Virus record (IMG/VR): IMGVR_UViG_3300020043_007152
Span: 1-57,793 of that record
DNA: 57,793 bases
Source of the DNA: a virus
Taxonomy: Duplodnaviria; Caudoviricetes
Reading direction: 5' to 3' (one strand)
Below, piece by piece: positions 16,468-25,370 of the stretch. The notes beneath the pieces are model-generated. The model saw only the letters and a list, made by a program, of their open reading frames with translations. It had not been told where the DNA came from and did not search any database. Each line of letters opens with the position of its first letter. Position 1 is the stretch's first letter. The position numbers were made by a program, and so were the translations under genes.

Positions 16468-18308
16468 GCCTGAGCCGCAACGACTTCCTCGGCGCGCAGA
16501 TCGAGCTTATGGCCCGCGCCAACCCGATGGCGTGGTTTGAGACTTACGGGACCATCATGGGGCCGAAACGCGAGCCCTTGCGATGGCCGGAGCTTATCGC
16601 GAACAAAATGCAGCGCGAGGAGGATGAAGTCATCCGTTACTGCGAGGCGAGGGATATTCCCTGCAAGATCATCAAGCTGAAAGGACGGCGGCAGGGGAGC
16701 AGCACAGGGAGCCTTGCGCAAATGGCCCACCGCGTCCGCCGGAAGCCGACAGCGGCCATTATCTGCGGTCTCGAATACCAGAAGAACGTGAAGGTGATGG
16801 AGGAAATTTTCTGGCGTTTCTGCGACGAGGATAAACTTCCCTGGGGAGTGAAAGCCAAGCGGCTCCGCGGGCAAGGTGGGGAATGGAGCAATGGGAGCAA
16901 ACTGACGCTCATCACAGCAAACAACCCGGACGCGGGCAAAGGCGACGGCGCTCAGTTCGTTCTAATGACCGAGGCTGCCTATTACCCGGTCAGCGAAAAG
17001 AAGAACGACGCCGACCTGTTCCGCAGCCTGTTCCAGCTTGTGCCACGCGAAGGCGGGAGCGTTATCATTATTGAGAGCACGCCAAAAGGCGAGGGCGGGC
17101 GATTCCATGAGACATGGGTAGGGGCGATTTCATTTGAGGATTTGAAAGCCGGGCGCATCCCGGAGAACTGGAACGGCTTCGTGAAACTGTTCTATCCGTG
17201 GCATGAGCATCCAGGCTACCGTCGCAATCTGACGCTGATGGAGGAATTGCGCGTCCGTGAGACACTGTCAGAGCGCGAGGAGGAACTGATGGCGGAGTTC
17301 CCGCACATCGCCGCCGATTTAGGACGCCTTGCATGGCGGCGCGCGGTCATCGCCGGGCCGGACTTCCTCGGAGACGAAGCGGAGTTTGAACGGGAATACC
17401 CCAGCGACGAAATCCGCTGCTTTGCCGGGAGTGGAACGGGATTCTTCGACGGGCTCAAACTCAAGCACATGCGCGACCACTGCCGGGAGGGCGAAACGGG
17501 CAAGCTGGCGATGGGGCCGGACGAATTCGTGGACTTTGTGCCGGGCTTGGAAGGTGCGTGGTGCCGGGTGTGGGAACGCCCGAAGGACGGCTTCTCCTAC
17601 TGGATTTCCGTGGACACCATGACCGGCGAGCTTTCGGGCAGCAAGGACAGTGACAACCACGCCGTGCTGGTCTGGCGCTCCGGGCATTTCGGGCCGGACG
17701 GATGGGTGCCTCCTGCGATTGTGGCGCGTCTGGCGGACGTGGCGGCGGAAGGATACCCGAAGAACAAGGATAAGCTCGCGTGCCGTTGGGATACGGACAT
17801 CGTTGAGTCCCGTCTGGCGCTCCTGGCGCAATACTACGGGTGCGCTCCAATGGTCATCGAGACCAACCAGGACAACGGCTTGCAGCGCAGTATGCGGGCC
17901 TACGGCTGGGCGACGTTTTACAAGCAGGAGCGGGAGAATGAGGTGGAGACGGACCCGAAGGAAATATACGGCTGGCGGACAACCACAAAGAACCGGCTGG
18001 CCATGCTGGAGCCGCTGAAAGCCGCAATTCGGCAGTGGCGACCGCCGGGAAAGAGGCTGGCGGCAGATGCGGACGGCGTGGACATTTGGGACGCGCGAAT
18101 TCTGCGTGAGTTCTCCCGGTTCATCGTGAAGGACAACGGGCGCATCGAGGCCGGAGCGGGCGCGAAAGACGACAGCGTGATGAGCGCGGCCATTGGCTTG
18201 GCGACGAAGCACATGGCAAAGATATTCCGTGACCGGCGGGCGTATATTCTGGACGGCGGGGCGTTCAGAGACCAGGGCAGGCCGAGGGATCAGTCGTTTG
18301 GGCTTTGA
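16464..18308 (+). CDS. terL: Terminase large subunit
   Basis: Walker A-like KGRRQGSST, Walker B FVLMTEAA, coupling motif IESTP, nuclease ISVDT and DDSVMSAAI. Confidence 0.9.
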   Translation: MSLSRNDFLGAQIELMARANPMAWFETYGTIMGPKREPLRWPELIANKMQREEDEVIRYCEARDIPCKIIKLKGRRQGSSTGSLAQMAHRVRRKPTAAIICGLEYQKNVKVMEEIFWRFCDEDKLPWGVKAKRLRGQGGEWSNGSKLTLITANNPDAGKGDGAQFVLMTEAAYYPVSEKKNDADLFRSLFQLVPREGGSVIIIESTPKGEGGRFHETWVGAISFEDLKAGRIPENWNGFVKLFYPWHEHPGYRRNLTLMEELRVRETLSEREEELMAEFPHIAADLGRLAWRRAVIAGPDFLGDEAEFEREYPSDEIRCFAGSGTGFFDGLKLKHMRDHCREGETGKLAMGPDEFVDFVPGLEGAWCRVWERPKDGFSYWISVDTMTGELSGSKDSDNHAVLVWRSGHFGPDGWVPPAIVARLADVAAEGYPKNKDKLACRWDTDIVESRLALLAQYYGCAPMVIETNQDNGLQRSMRAYGWATFYKQERENEVETDPKEIYGWRTTTKNRLAMLEPLKAAIRQWRPPGKRLAADADGVDIWDARILREFSRFIVKDNGRIEAGAGAKDDSVMSAAIGLATKHMAKIFRDRRAYILDGGAFRDQGRPRDQSFGL

Positions 18309-18483
18309 TTATCTCGGCTCCGGTGTAGTGGGGGTGCCAGCGGCTGTCTTGTGACGTCCCCGATTCGATCACTTCAAAAAAACCGTCCAAGCGCTTGTCT
18401 GAGACAACAAAAACAGGACGCCCGAACGACGGGATTTTCACGCGGTCTCCGACTTGCAAAGCGCAGTATTCTTCCTCGCTCAT
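18265..18483 (-). CDS. Hypothetical protein
   Basis: Last of a chain of overlapping minus-strand ORFs. Confidence 0.5.
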   Translation of the reverse strand: MSEEEYCALQVGDRVKIPSFGRPVFVVSDKRLDGFFEVIESGTSQDSRWHPHYTGAEIIKAQTTDPSACPGL

Positions 18484-18698
18484 GGCCGGACAAAAGTAAC
18501 TTCGGTGTCATCGGCGACCTGCCACGCATTGCCGTCCCAGATGAAATCCAGCAAGTAATGCTGCGGAGGGCCGCTGTGGATGCTCCAATCGCGGGCTTTG
18601 TTGCACCCTTTTAAGCAGAGGCGAACGTGACGTAGTTTACCGCCGTCCGGCGGTAGTGCAGAGCAGGCCCGCAAAAACTCAGAGAGCAAGACTTTCAT
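18480..18698 (-). CDS. Hypothetical protein
   Basis: ATGA overlaps on both sides. Confidence 0.6.
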   Translation of the reverse strand: MKVLLSEFLRACSALPPDGGKLRHVRLCLKGCNKARDWSIHSGPPQHYLLDFIWDGNAWQVADDTEVTFVRP

Positions 18699-19081
18699 GG
18701 TTGAGAAGAATGTGAGATTTGCGGCGGATGCTCGCGTTGTATTTTGCGCAGCAGTCGCGATAACAAAAAACTGGAGGCGATGACTTGCCCCATTACCGCG
18801 GCGCTGACAGCCTCATCCAAAGCCTTGTATTCCGGCGATTCTTTCACTGCCCGGCGGCAGCGCTTTTCCTTCTCATACATGGCATCGATCAAATCGTGCC
18901 TGCGTGCGTTAATGACATGGAAGTTGGTGCTGCCATGCACCGGCGACTCCCGCGGGATGCGGCGGCAAGCGCGCAAATACTTCTTCCACCGGTGTTTGCG
19001 CGGATTTGATATGGAATCCAGACAGCGGCCCAGCAAGCTGGACGGGCTCGGGCGGACAGAAGCGAACAGGTCCGCATTCAC
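18695..19081 (-). CDS. Hypothetical protein
   Basis: ATGA overlaps on both sides. Confidence 0.6.
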   Translation of the reverse strand: MNADLFASVRPSPSSLLGRCLDSISNPRKHRWKKYLRACRRIPRESPVHGSTNFHVINARRHDLIDAMYEKEKRCRRAVKESPEYKALDEAVSAAVMGQVIASSFLLSRLLRKIQREHPPQISHSSQP

Positions 19082-19530
19082 GGCATTGCGGCGGTTTGTG
19101 GCTCTGGCTTCTCAATCCAATACTCGACGGCGAGCGCAACGCATTCTACCAGTGTTGGAGCGTGGTGAAGGTGCGTGCCGGACTCGCCTGGGATTGGCAC
19201 TTCGAGTTCAAACCGTTTGCCAGTGGTATTGTAATGCGGGACTTTGCCGAAATGACGCATGGATTCTTCGTAGGCGGCATCGTGCGCCTCGTATCTTCCG
19301 CGGACAGTCGGGGCAGCATTGCGGACGCAATCCGACGGAACATCCCTCAGGTGGCGCTGAATGGACTGAATGGCTTCCTCCAAGTCCTGCCGTTCGGTCT
19401 TAGCTCCATTGCCGCGGCGGATGATCTTTTTGAAGGCGTTGAACAGTGGCGGGCTGGTAACTCCAAATGCATTGGCGATGTCGTAGATGTCGCAGGTGAC
19501 GCCTTTGATGGTGGCTTGTGGGTATTTCAT
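19078..19530 (-). CDS. DUF3310-like phage protein
   Basis: DIYDIANAFGV...AFKKIIRRG...KTERQDLEEAIQSIQR. Confidence 0.65.
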   Translation of the reverse strand: MKYPQATIKGVTCDIYDIANAFGVTSPPLFNAFKKIIRRGNGAKTERQDLEEAIQSIQRHLRDVPSDCVRNAAPTVRGRYEAHDAAYEESMRHFGKVPHYNTTGKRFELEVPIPGESGTHLHHAPTLVECVALAVEYWIEKPEPQTAAMP

Positions 19531-19539
19531 AGGTGTGAG

Positions 19540-20256
19540 TTAATCGAGTGAGGTTAGAATGCCGTGCCAGAACAGGCCAGCCCATGTAGAGCCGGGGCTG
19601 GCATCTAGTTCGGCCTGGCTGATTGTGGCGCTCTTTGTGCTGGAGCGAATTTCGATGATGTTCCCGCAGGCGCGCGAAGGGTCGAGTGTGAGCATGATGC
19701 CTTCTGAATACTGGTAGAGCGAGAAATCCATGTCGGCGATGTTCGGGTCGCCGCCGTAGGTGTCCCAATAGTCGCGGGCCTCGGTGTTGTCGCTGCTGTG
19801 ATCCCATTGCAGGACGCCGTTCACATAGACTTCAACCCAGTCGTCTCCAGCGTAGGCTGCCTGTCCGCGGATTTGCCCCCACATCGTCATGTAGGCGTAG
19901 GACGCGCAGCAGATGCCGAATTGGACGGAGCCGGAACAGACAACGCCTCGATCATCCGCCGAGTCTGCGTACAGCGCCCTGCAAACAAGCCCGCTGCCAG
20001 AAGGACCGGCAGGAAAGACCGGCTCCGTGCGAACTCCAGAACTGACCGCGCCTGTTGAATCCGCGTGTCCCGCCGATTGATACAGTCTCGGAGTAGTCCC
20101 GGCAAACGCCTCGAAGCCAGAACTCCCGTTCTGGCAGCAGACAGGAAACGGGTCCGTGTAGGTCCACGCGACAGGGCCGCTGCCGTCCTGCGCGTCTATG
20201 TAGGTGTCGTCGTATCCGGCGATGCCTTGGAGGGAGATAGGTGTGATTAGGTGCAT
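19540..20256 (-). CDS. Hypothetical beta-rich protein, possibly structural
   Basis: 238-aa G/S/Y/D-rich ORF. Confidence 0.6.
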   Translation of the reverse strand: MHLITPISLQGIAGYDDTYIDAQDGSGPVAWTYTDPFPVCCQNGSSGFEAFAGTTPRLYQSAGHADSTGAVSSGVRTEPVFPAGPSGSGLVCRALYADSADDRGVVCSGSVQFGICCASYAYMTMWGQIRGQAAYAGDDWVEVYVNGVLQWDHSSDNTEARDYWDTYGGDPNIADMDFSLYQYSEGIMLTLDPSRACGNIIEIRSSTKSATISQAELDASPGSTWAGLFWHGILTSLD

Positions 20257-20378
20257 TTTGCGTTCGGGTTAAACTTCCTGCGGCGCGGCCTGACGGCTTT
20301 CGCGGCATCGTAGGCGATACAGGAGCGACGGAGCATTTCCAGCGAGTGCAGGAGGCTTTGGAGGGCGTTGGTTTTGGG

Positions 20379-20477
20379 TTTCATGGTCTAGTGTTGGTTT
20401 CGTTGGTTGGCTGGCGCTGTTGGCATTCTCTCGGATTGCGCGTGATGGTTAACATTTTTGTCGGTGAACGACTAGTT
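20379..20477 (+). repeat. attI-like site type A, copy 1
   Basis: GTGATGGTTAACATTTTTGTCGGTGAACGACTAG|TT; ~100-bp repeat shared with 21246-21348. Confidence 0.7.
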
Positions 20478-20723
20478 CGGGCTACAATAAAGGTCGATCA
20501 CTCCTTGAGCAGTGCCGTAGTAGCTGGGGTTAAAGTGGGCGTCGCATTGCCAGTTCTGAGGGCCGCAGGTTCCGTGGTCTCGCATGTTGCCCATATGTGG
20601 TCTCAGTCGCTTTCCGCACTTCGGGCATCGCGGCCAACCGTCTTTCTGGCATCGGAGCAAAGCCCGAACAAGACGGTGATCAGAACCGCCCGGAAGCGTC
20701 TGTTGTGGAGGGGTAGCGTTCAT
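20472..20723 (-). CDS. Cassette gene, Cys-rich protein
   Basis: Bounded by GTTCGGGCT/AGCCCGAAC; CPKC motif. Confidence 0.7.
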   Translation of the reverse strand: MNATPPQQTLPGGSDHRLVRALLRCQKDGWPRCPKCGKRLRPHMGNMRDHGTCGPQNWQCDAHFNPSYYGTAQGVIDLYCSPN

Positions 20724-20753
20724 GACGGGCGGTCTGATACCTCAGCGTTCGCG
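20663..20753 (+). repeat. attC-like site
   Basis: CCCGAAC..GGTGATCAGAACCGCCCG...CGGGCGGTCTGATACC..GTTCGCG, with extrahelical bases in the left arm. Confidence 0.8.
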
Positions 20754-20956
20754 TCATAGATTGCTTGCCACTCCTCCAAGGATTCCCAAGTCCCGCAGCC
20801 GTTGCCGCAGGTTCGCACCCCCTCGAAGTGTGGCCCGCCTCCTAGGTCGTGCGCGGTGGGCGGTTTCGCCCCGCATTTAGGGCAGTCCCACCACACGCGA
20901 ACAATCCGCGGCAGTGAACCGCCCGTTGGCGCTGGTGGCAGATCGGATGCTTTCAT
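20720..20956 (-). CDS. Cassette gene, Zn-ribbon protein
   Basis: Bounded by GTTCGCGT/ACGCGAAC; CPKC...CGNGC. Confidence 0.7.
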   Translation of the reverse strand: MKASDLPPAPTGGSLPRIVRVWWDCPKCGAKPPTAHDLGGGPHFEGVRTCGNGCGTWESLEEWQAIYDANAEVSDRPS

Positions 20957-20985
20957 AGGGCGGTCACTGCGCTTTGGCGTTCGGC
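20896..20985 (+). repeat. attC-like site
   Basis: CGCGAAC..GCGGCAGTGAACCGCCC...GGGCGGTCACTGCGC..GTTCGGC. Confidence 0.8.
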
Positions 20986-21251
20986 AGACCCATCAGCGAG
21001 CAGACCGCCGTGATTTGCTGCGTGATGTAGTCCTGCTTGGCTTGGGCCATCCGCCAGAAGTGCCACCGGATGCACGGGCGCTTGTTGCTGGGTTGTATGG
21101 AGCCGCGACTTGGCGGGCGGATGTGGTCGCCGCGCAGAGCATGGAGCCGCATTTTCACCCGTCGTTTTTGATCTCGGGCCTCGTCCTGCAACTGCCGAAC
21201 AAGCCTATAGAGAGGGACGCCGTGCGCGTCGCTGTTGTATCGCGTTTTCAT
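20964..21251 (-). CDS. Cassette gene, hypothetical
   Basis: Bounded by GTTCGGCAG/CTGCCGAAC. Confidence 0.65.
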   Translation of the reverse strand: MKTRYNSDAHGVPLYRLVRQLQDEARDQKRRVKMRLHALRGDHIRPPSRGSIQPSNKRPCIRWHFWRMAQAKQDYITQQITAVCSLMGLPNAKAQ

Positions 21252-21348
21252 GGTCTATCGTTGGCGGCGTTGGCTGGCTGGCTGGCGTTGTTGGAATTCT
21301 CACGGATTGCGCGTGATAGTTAACATTTTTGTCGGCGAACGACTAGTT
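21246..21348 (+). repeat. attI-like site type A, copy 2
   Basis: GTGATAGTTAACATTTTTGTCGGCGAACGACTAG|TT. Confidence 0.7.
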
Positions 21349-21594
21349 ATCCGAATTCTTTGCGGCGTAGCGGCCTGACTCCCGCTGCCAAAGCGCACGC
21401 TCCGTCAAGGCGAGCAATTCGTGGAGTTCAGTACTTCTGATTCGCCCGCGTTTATACGCGTAGTGGAAAATCCTGCCGATGAAGGCGTAGAGTGGTGCCG
21501 CAAAGATTCGGATAACAAGACGTTGTAGCCAACCGGCTTGCAGTATCTGATGATCTTTGGTTTGCAGTGCGTCAATGTAGTGTCGGTATTTCAT
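21343..21594 (-). CDS. Cassette gene, hypothetical
   Basis: Bounded by GTTATCCGAAT/ATTCGGATAAC; ATG 21594 lies in the attC loop. Confidence 0.65.
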   Translation of the reverse strand: MKYRHYIDALQTKDHQILQAGWLQRLVIRIFAAPLYAFIGRIFHYAYKRGRIRSTELHELLALTERALWQRESGRYAAKNSDN

Positions 21595-21636
21595 GGTAAT
21601 TCGTGGGTGCCGGTGGCTAAACTTTGGCCGTTCGGC
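21510..21636 (+). repeat. attC-like site
   Basis: GGATAAC..GTTGTAGCCAACCGGC...GCCGGTGGCTAAAC..GTTCGGC. Confidence 0.8.
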
Positions 21637-21845
21637 GACTTCGCCTTTTCGCGCCCGATGGCCGATGCTTTCAGCCACAAGCGGCGGAGTTCCAGGTCGG
21701 TTTCTTCTGCCGCCATGCGTTCGAGGTTCTGCGCGGCCCATAGGTAGTTCTTTGCCGTCGCCGAACCATCCACGGCAGCCAACCGCCGGGGCTGTTCGGC
21801 GGTCAATGGCTGTGGTGCCGCTTCTGGAGTGATAGGATTACTCAT
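21591..21845 (-). CDS. Cassette gene, hypothetical
   Basis: Bounded by GTTCGGCGAC/GTCGCCGAAC; ATG 21845 lies in the attC loop. Confidence 0.65.
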   Translation of the reverse strand: MSNPITPEAAPQPLTAEQPRRLAAVDGSATAKNYLWAAQNLERMAAEETDLELRRLWLKASAIGREKAKSPNGQSLATGTHELP

Positions 21846-21892
21846 GGTCTTGTGTGCCGGAGTCCGGCGGTTGCTGCGTTTGGCCGTTCGTG
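21760..21892 (+). repeat. attC-like site
   Basis: GCCGAAC..ACGGCAGCCAACCGCCGG...CCGGCGGTTGCTGCGT..GTTCGTG. Confidence 0.75.
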
Positions 21893-21903
21893 CAGGATGA
21901 TTT

Positions 21904-22440
21904 TCATGCGTCTGCCTCCTGCTGTGATAGACTCTGGCGGCGGTAAAACTCGGCAATCAGCGCCGCGTCCACCATTCCGCTGTGCGGGACTTTGCTCCGA
22001 TTCGATGCCAGGAATGTCTCTTCCGGCCAGAGACGTTTCGCCAACGCGGCAGCAGCCAGTTTGGTTTCGCCCTTAGCAACACGGCCAAGCATAGCGCGCT
22101 GCCATGAATCTTTCGGATTACCGGAACGCACGCGGATAATGCGACGCTGCCAGACAAGCCGGGACATTGCGGCAACGATCACGCCGTAGCTGAATGCCAT
22201 GCTGCGCATGATGGATGCGCGTTCGGAGTGAGCGGGGCATTCCTCCACCACAACAACCGTCTCGCCATCGCGGTGGTAAGGGCTGACTTGTGCATACAAC
22301 ATTCCGGCGGAAATCTCGCCGGTTACGCACAGCGGCATGGGGAATGCGTCCACCAGAAGCCCGGCGTTGGTCTTGCCGGTAGTGCCGGAGAGTATGGCGA
22401 CGCCGCCGGAGACGCCGTTATCAATTCCAATGACGATCAT
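21904..22440 (-). CDS. RuvC-like Holliday junction resolvase
   Basis: MIVIGIDNGVSGG, VVVEE, DAALIAEF. Confidence 0.85.
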   Translation of the reverse strand: MIVIGIDNGVSGGVAILSGTTGKTNAGLLVDAFPMPLCVTGEISAGMLYAQVSPYHRDGETVVVVEECPAHSERASIMRSMAFSYGVIVAAMSRLVWQRRIIRVRSGNPKDSWQRAMLGRVAKGETKLAAAALAKRLWPEETFLASNRSKVPHSGMVDAALIAEFYRRQSLSQQEADA

Positions 22441-22691
22441 GCTTTCTCCTTCCATTGTCCGCAGACGTTGAGGGCTTTCGTTTTGCCATGACCGTAGGCA
22501 GTCTTCCCTTTCGGTGCCATCAGGCAGCAGTAGGTGTATTTGTCGCTGTATTGGTGCCTGTAGAAGTGGGCGCATGTTGCGCAGCGTTTAGCGTCTGTGC
22601 GCTTGGCTTTGCCGGGCTGTGGACTTTTTGCGTAAGTTAGCTTTCGTTCCGAAAGCCACTTCTCCTGTTCGGGTGTGGGCGGGTGTTTCAT
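22437..22691 (-). CDS. Cys-rich hypothetical protein
   Basis: CATCAH...CC...CGQW; overlaps both neighbours. Confidence 0.65.
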   Translation of the reverse strand: MKHPPTPEQEKWLSERKLTYAKSPQPGKAKRTDAKRCATCAHFYRHQYSDKYTYCCLMAPKGKTAYGHGKTKALNVCGQWKEKA

Positions 22692-23803
22692 TTGGAAAGG
22701 GCGGTCAGAGCGGCCAGGGCGGTTTTTACGATCTTCCCAGCCTCCGCGGCTGTGCCGCGGTTGCCGAGTCGCGGGACCGGAACGGCGCGGATGCCTGCGA
22801 TGTAGTGGTCCAGCTTTTCGGCATCGCCTGCGGCTTCCAGCGCGGCAGCGGCGGCGCGTTCGCGTTCCTCCTGTTCACGCGCGGCGCGCTCGACTGCTTC
22901 ACGCGCCTTTCGTTCCTCGGTGGCGGCGCGTTCAGCGGCTTCCTTCTCAGCGCGCAATTTGGCTTCTGCTTCCTCGCGCTCTTTGCGGGCTGCCGCCTCT
23001 TTTGCCTCCTGTTCGGCGCGGGCCTTAGCCATTTCTGCCGCATGGCGTGCGCGCTCTGCTGCTGCCGCCGCTTCCTGTGCCTCACGTTCGGCGCGGGCTT
23101 TGGCCTCCAGTGCGGCTACTTCGGCGAGACGGGCCTTTTCTTTTTCCTCCGCCTCGGCGCGCAAACGCGCCGCTTCCTTCCGGGCTTCCTCTGCTTCGCG
23201 GGCAACGCGCTCGCGCTCCAGTCGCTCTTCCTCGGCCTTCCGAGCGGCTTCTTCTGCCGCCTGCTTCTCGCGCTCAAGGCGCATGGCGTGCAGGTCTTTC
23301 GCGTCCGCAAGCTGGCGCTGATATTGATCTTCGGTGAGCTTGCCGAGATCAACGGCGAGGGGACCATTGAGGAATGGGGTAATTTCAGCAGTGCGGCGCT
23401 GGCGTGTCTCCTCTTCGAGGCGAAGGCGCTCGTTCTCCTCGAAATCCTCTATGGCCTTGAGGTGTGCCTCTGCGGCTTCGCAGCGCTGGCGAATGCCGCC
23501 GTTAGCTCCGTCAATGTGGCGTCCAATCTCCAGAATATCGGCCTTGAGGGCGGTTTTGGCCTTCTCTGCCTCACGGCGGGCGACAGCGAAACAGTCAAGT
23601 CTCAGGCGGCGCGCCTCTTTAGCCAACTTACGGCGCTCGTCCGCTGGCATTTCGGCGCTGATCGTCATCGCGAGCGCGCGGGCTTCGTTTTCGTCCAGGA
23701 CTTGGCAGAACGGCTTGAATGCGTCTAGCGCATTGGCGCTGGCTGCTGGAATGGGCAGAAGCTCTGCCTCAACGGGTATTGTAATAGGTAGTTTGGCGCT
23801 CAT
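22688..23803 (-). CDS. Coiled-coil phage protein
   Basis: 371 aa with a long A/E/R-rich helix. Confidence 0.8.
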   Translation of the reverse strand: MSAKLPITIPVEAELLPIPAASANALDAFKPFCQVLDENEARALAMTISAEMPADERRKLAKEARRLRLDCFAVARREAEKAKTALKADILEIGRHIDGANGGIRQRCEAAEAHLKAIEDFEENERLRLEEETRQRRTAEITPFLNGPLAVDLGKLTEDQYQRQLADAKDLHAMRLEREKQAAEEAARKAEEERLERERVAREAEEARKEAARLRAEAEEKEKARLAEVAALEAKARAEREAQEAAAAAERARHAAEMAKARAEQEAKEAAARKEREEAEAKLRAEKEAAERAATEERKAREAVERAAREQEERERAAAAALEAAGDAEKLDHYIAGIRAVPVPRLGNRGTAAEAGKIVKTALAALTALSK

Positions 23804-23861
23804 GGCGCGGCACTTCTACAGCCGGAATCCGGGAGCGCAAGAAAAAACTCGCCAGCAAAGA

Positions 23862-23898
23862 AAATAATGCTTGCAATGCAAAAAGACAGCGCCAGAAT
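23862..23898 (+). promoter_or_regulatory. Putative promoter, copy 2 of AATAATGCTTGCAATGCAAAAA
   Basis: TTGCAA-N16-CAGAAT at the divergence point of two operons. Confidence 0.55.
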
Positions 23899-23903
23899 CC
23901 CGC

Positions 23904-24071
23904 ATGGCTACAGACAAACCAAAACAACCGTGGCGTTCGATTACGATTCGCCTGAACCCCAAAGAATACGCCTCGCTTATGGCGCGCGTGGCGAAGCTAT
24001 CCAAAGGCTTCGCAAAGACCAATCCGACGGCGCTCGTAAAAAGCGAGTGGCTGGAAGGCATCAAGACATGA
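23904..24071 (+). CDS. Small putative ribbon-helix-helix regulator
   Basis: RSITIRLNPKEYASL; first gene after the promoter. Confidence 0.5.
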   Translation: MATDKPKQPWRSITIRLNPKEYASLMARVAKLSKGFAKTNPTALVKSEWLEGIKT

Positions 24072-24769
24072 TTACCATGCAAACACAACCACTACACGAG
24101 AAATTGCGGCTCGCCGCGCACATCACCGAGCACAAGCTGCCGTGGGAGCACAGGACTAAACCATTCTCAGATTTCGCTTTAGCGATTATGTCGTCTCCGT
24201 TAGACATTCTGCGCGTGAACGGGGAAATCCGCCTCGCAGACGGCTGGCTTCCGCACTACGGCGGGGAATGCCCGGTTGAGCCTGCGAGCATACCGAAAAG
24301 GCTATTCCGCGATGGGGTTATCTCCTCACTATTAAACGCATCCGACTGTTGCTGGGAAAGCGACGCGCCAAGTCCCGTCATCGCCTACAAGCCCGACCCA
24401 TACGGTAAATTCCGGCAGGCGATTGCGGACGGGAAGGAGGTGGAATTTAAGATTAGTGAAACTTTATGGAAAACGGGGGCTTTTCTTGATTTCTGTTATC
24501 CACCCAACCACTACCGCATCGCGCCGGAGAAGAAGCGCGTCCCGCTCGGGCCGGAGGATGTTCCGCCGGGGAGTGTCGTAAAATGGCAAAACGGTTACTG
24601 GAGCATGGTATTGCAAATTTGCGATAGCGGTATTGATATTAAGGGGCACGGATACGAAACATTTACTGGTCTATCTGATCCCCGCTGGCAAATCAACCGC
24701 CCGAAGCACCGAGACGCGGACGGCAACCCGACTCTATGGGAGTCGTGCTACAAGGAGGTCGAGGTATGA
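24068..24769 (+). CDS. Hypothetical phage protein
   Basis: ATGA overlap; W.PHYGGECPV motif. Confidence 0.7.
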   Translation: MITMQTQPLHEKLRLAAHITEHKLPWEHRTKPFSDFALAIMSSPLDILRVNGEIRLADGWLPHYGGECPVEPASIPKRLFRDGVISSLLNASDCCWESDAPSPVIAYKPDPYGKFRQAIADGKEVEFKISETLWKTGAFLDFCYPPNHYRIAPEKKRVPLGPEDVPPGSVVKWQNGYWSMVLQICDSGIDIKGHGYETFTGLSDPRWQINRPKHRDADGNPTLWESCYKEVEV

Positions 24770-25005
24770 TAACCGAACTGCGTTACGATGACGGCTCCGG
24801 CGGGCATACCCTATATTCCAGTGACGGCTGGGTAATCCTATATTCCAGTGACGGCTGGGTAATATCGTTACAGTCCGAGCCGCTGGGAGTTCACGAATGC
24901 TACGTCGCCTATCATCGCGACAACGGCACAACTATTACAATCTCCGCCCGCGTAGTGCTTTTCATACGCGAACAAGAGCCAACCGCTAAAGCCGCCACAC
25001 CATGA
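24766..25005 (+). CDS. Hypothetical protein with 9-aa tandem duplication
   Basis: LYSSDGWVI x2. Confidence 0.6.
   Translation: MITELRYDDGSGGHTLYSSDGWVILYSSDGWVISLQSEPLGVHECYVAYHRDNGTTITISARVVLFIREQEPTAKAATP
24810..24863 (+). repeat. Perfect 27-bp tandem duplication
   Basis: CCTATATTCCAGTGACGGCTGGGTAAT x2. Confidence 0.95.
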
Positions 25006-25370
25006 TACTGCCAGCATCTACAGCCAACGACACGCCTGCTATGACGCGCGAAAGAACCCGCCAGCGCAGCATTGAAGCGCACTACCTCGCACAATGCGTG
25101 GAGTGCCCTATGTGCGGTGCCAATAGTAATGGCCTGGAACTCCGCGAGGTTCCGCCGTGGCTCCACGGCCACGACCCGCAGAGCCGCATCGTGTGCGACT
25201 GCGGAGTGTGCGGACCTACCGAGTCCTCGATAGACGAAGCGGTGGATTCCTGGAACACCCGGACCAGCACCATCGCGCCGACGTGGCCGCGGCCTTTCGC
25301 GCTCGGATTTGTCATCGGCTGCCTGTCCAGCATCGCTGCCGCCATCCTATTCATTCTTTTCGGACTATGA
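25002..25370 (+). CDS. Lar-like (restriction alleviation) Zn-finger protein with C-terminal hydrophobic helix
   Basis: CPMCG...VCDCGVCGP...EAVDSWNTR. Confidence 0.65.
   Translation: MILPASTANDTPAMTRERTRQRSIEAHYLAQCVECPMCGANSNGLELREVPPWLHGHDPQSRIVCDCGVCGPTESSIDEAVDSWNTRTSTIAPTWPRPFALGFVIGCLSSIAAAILFILFGL

Noticed and set aside
20379-21892. CRISPR array explanation for the repeats
   Set aside because: Repeats are non-identical long palindromes separated by whole genes, and there are no cas genes
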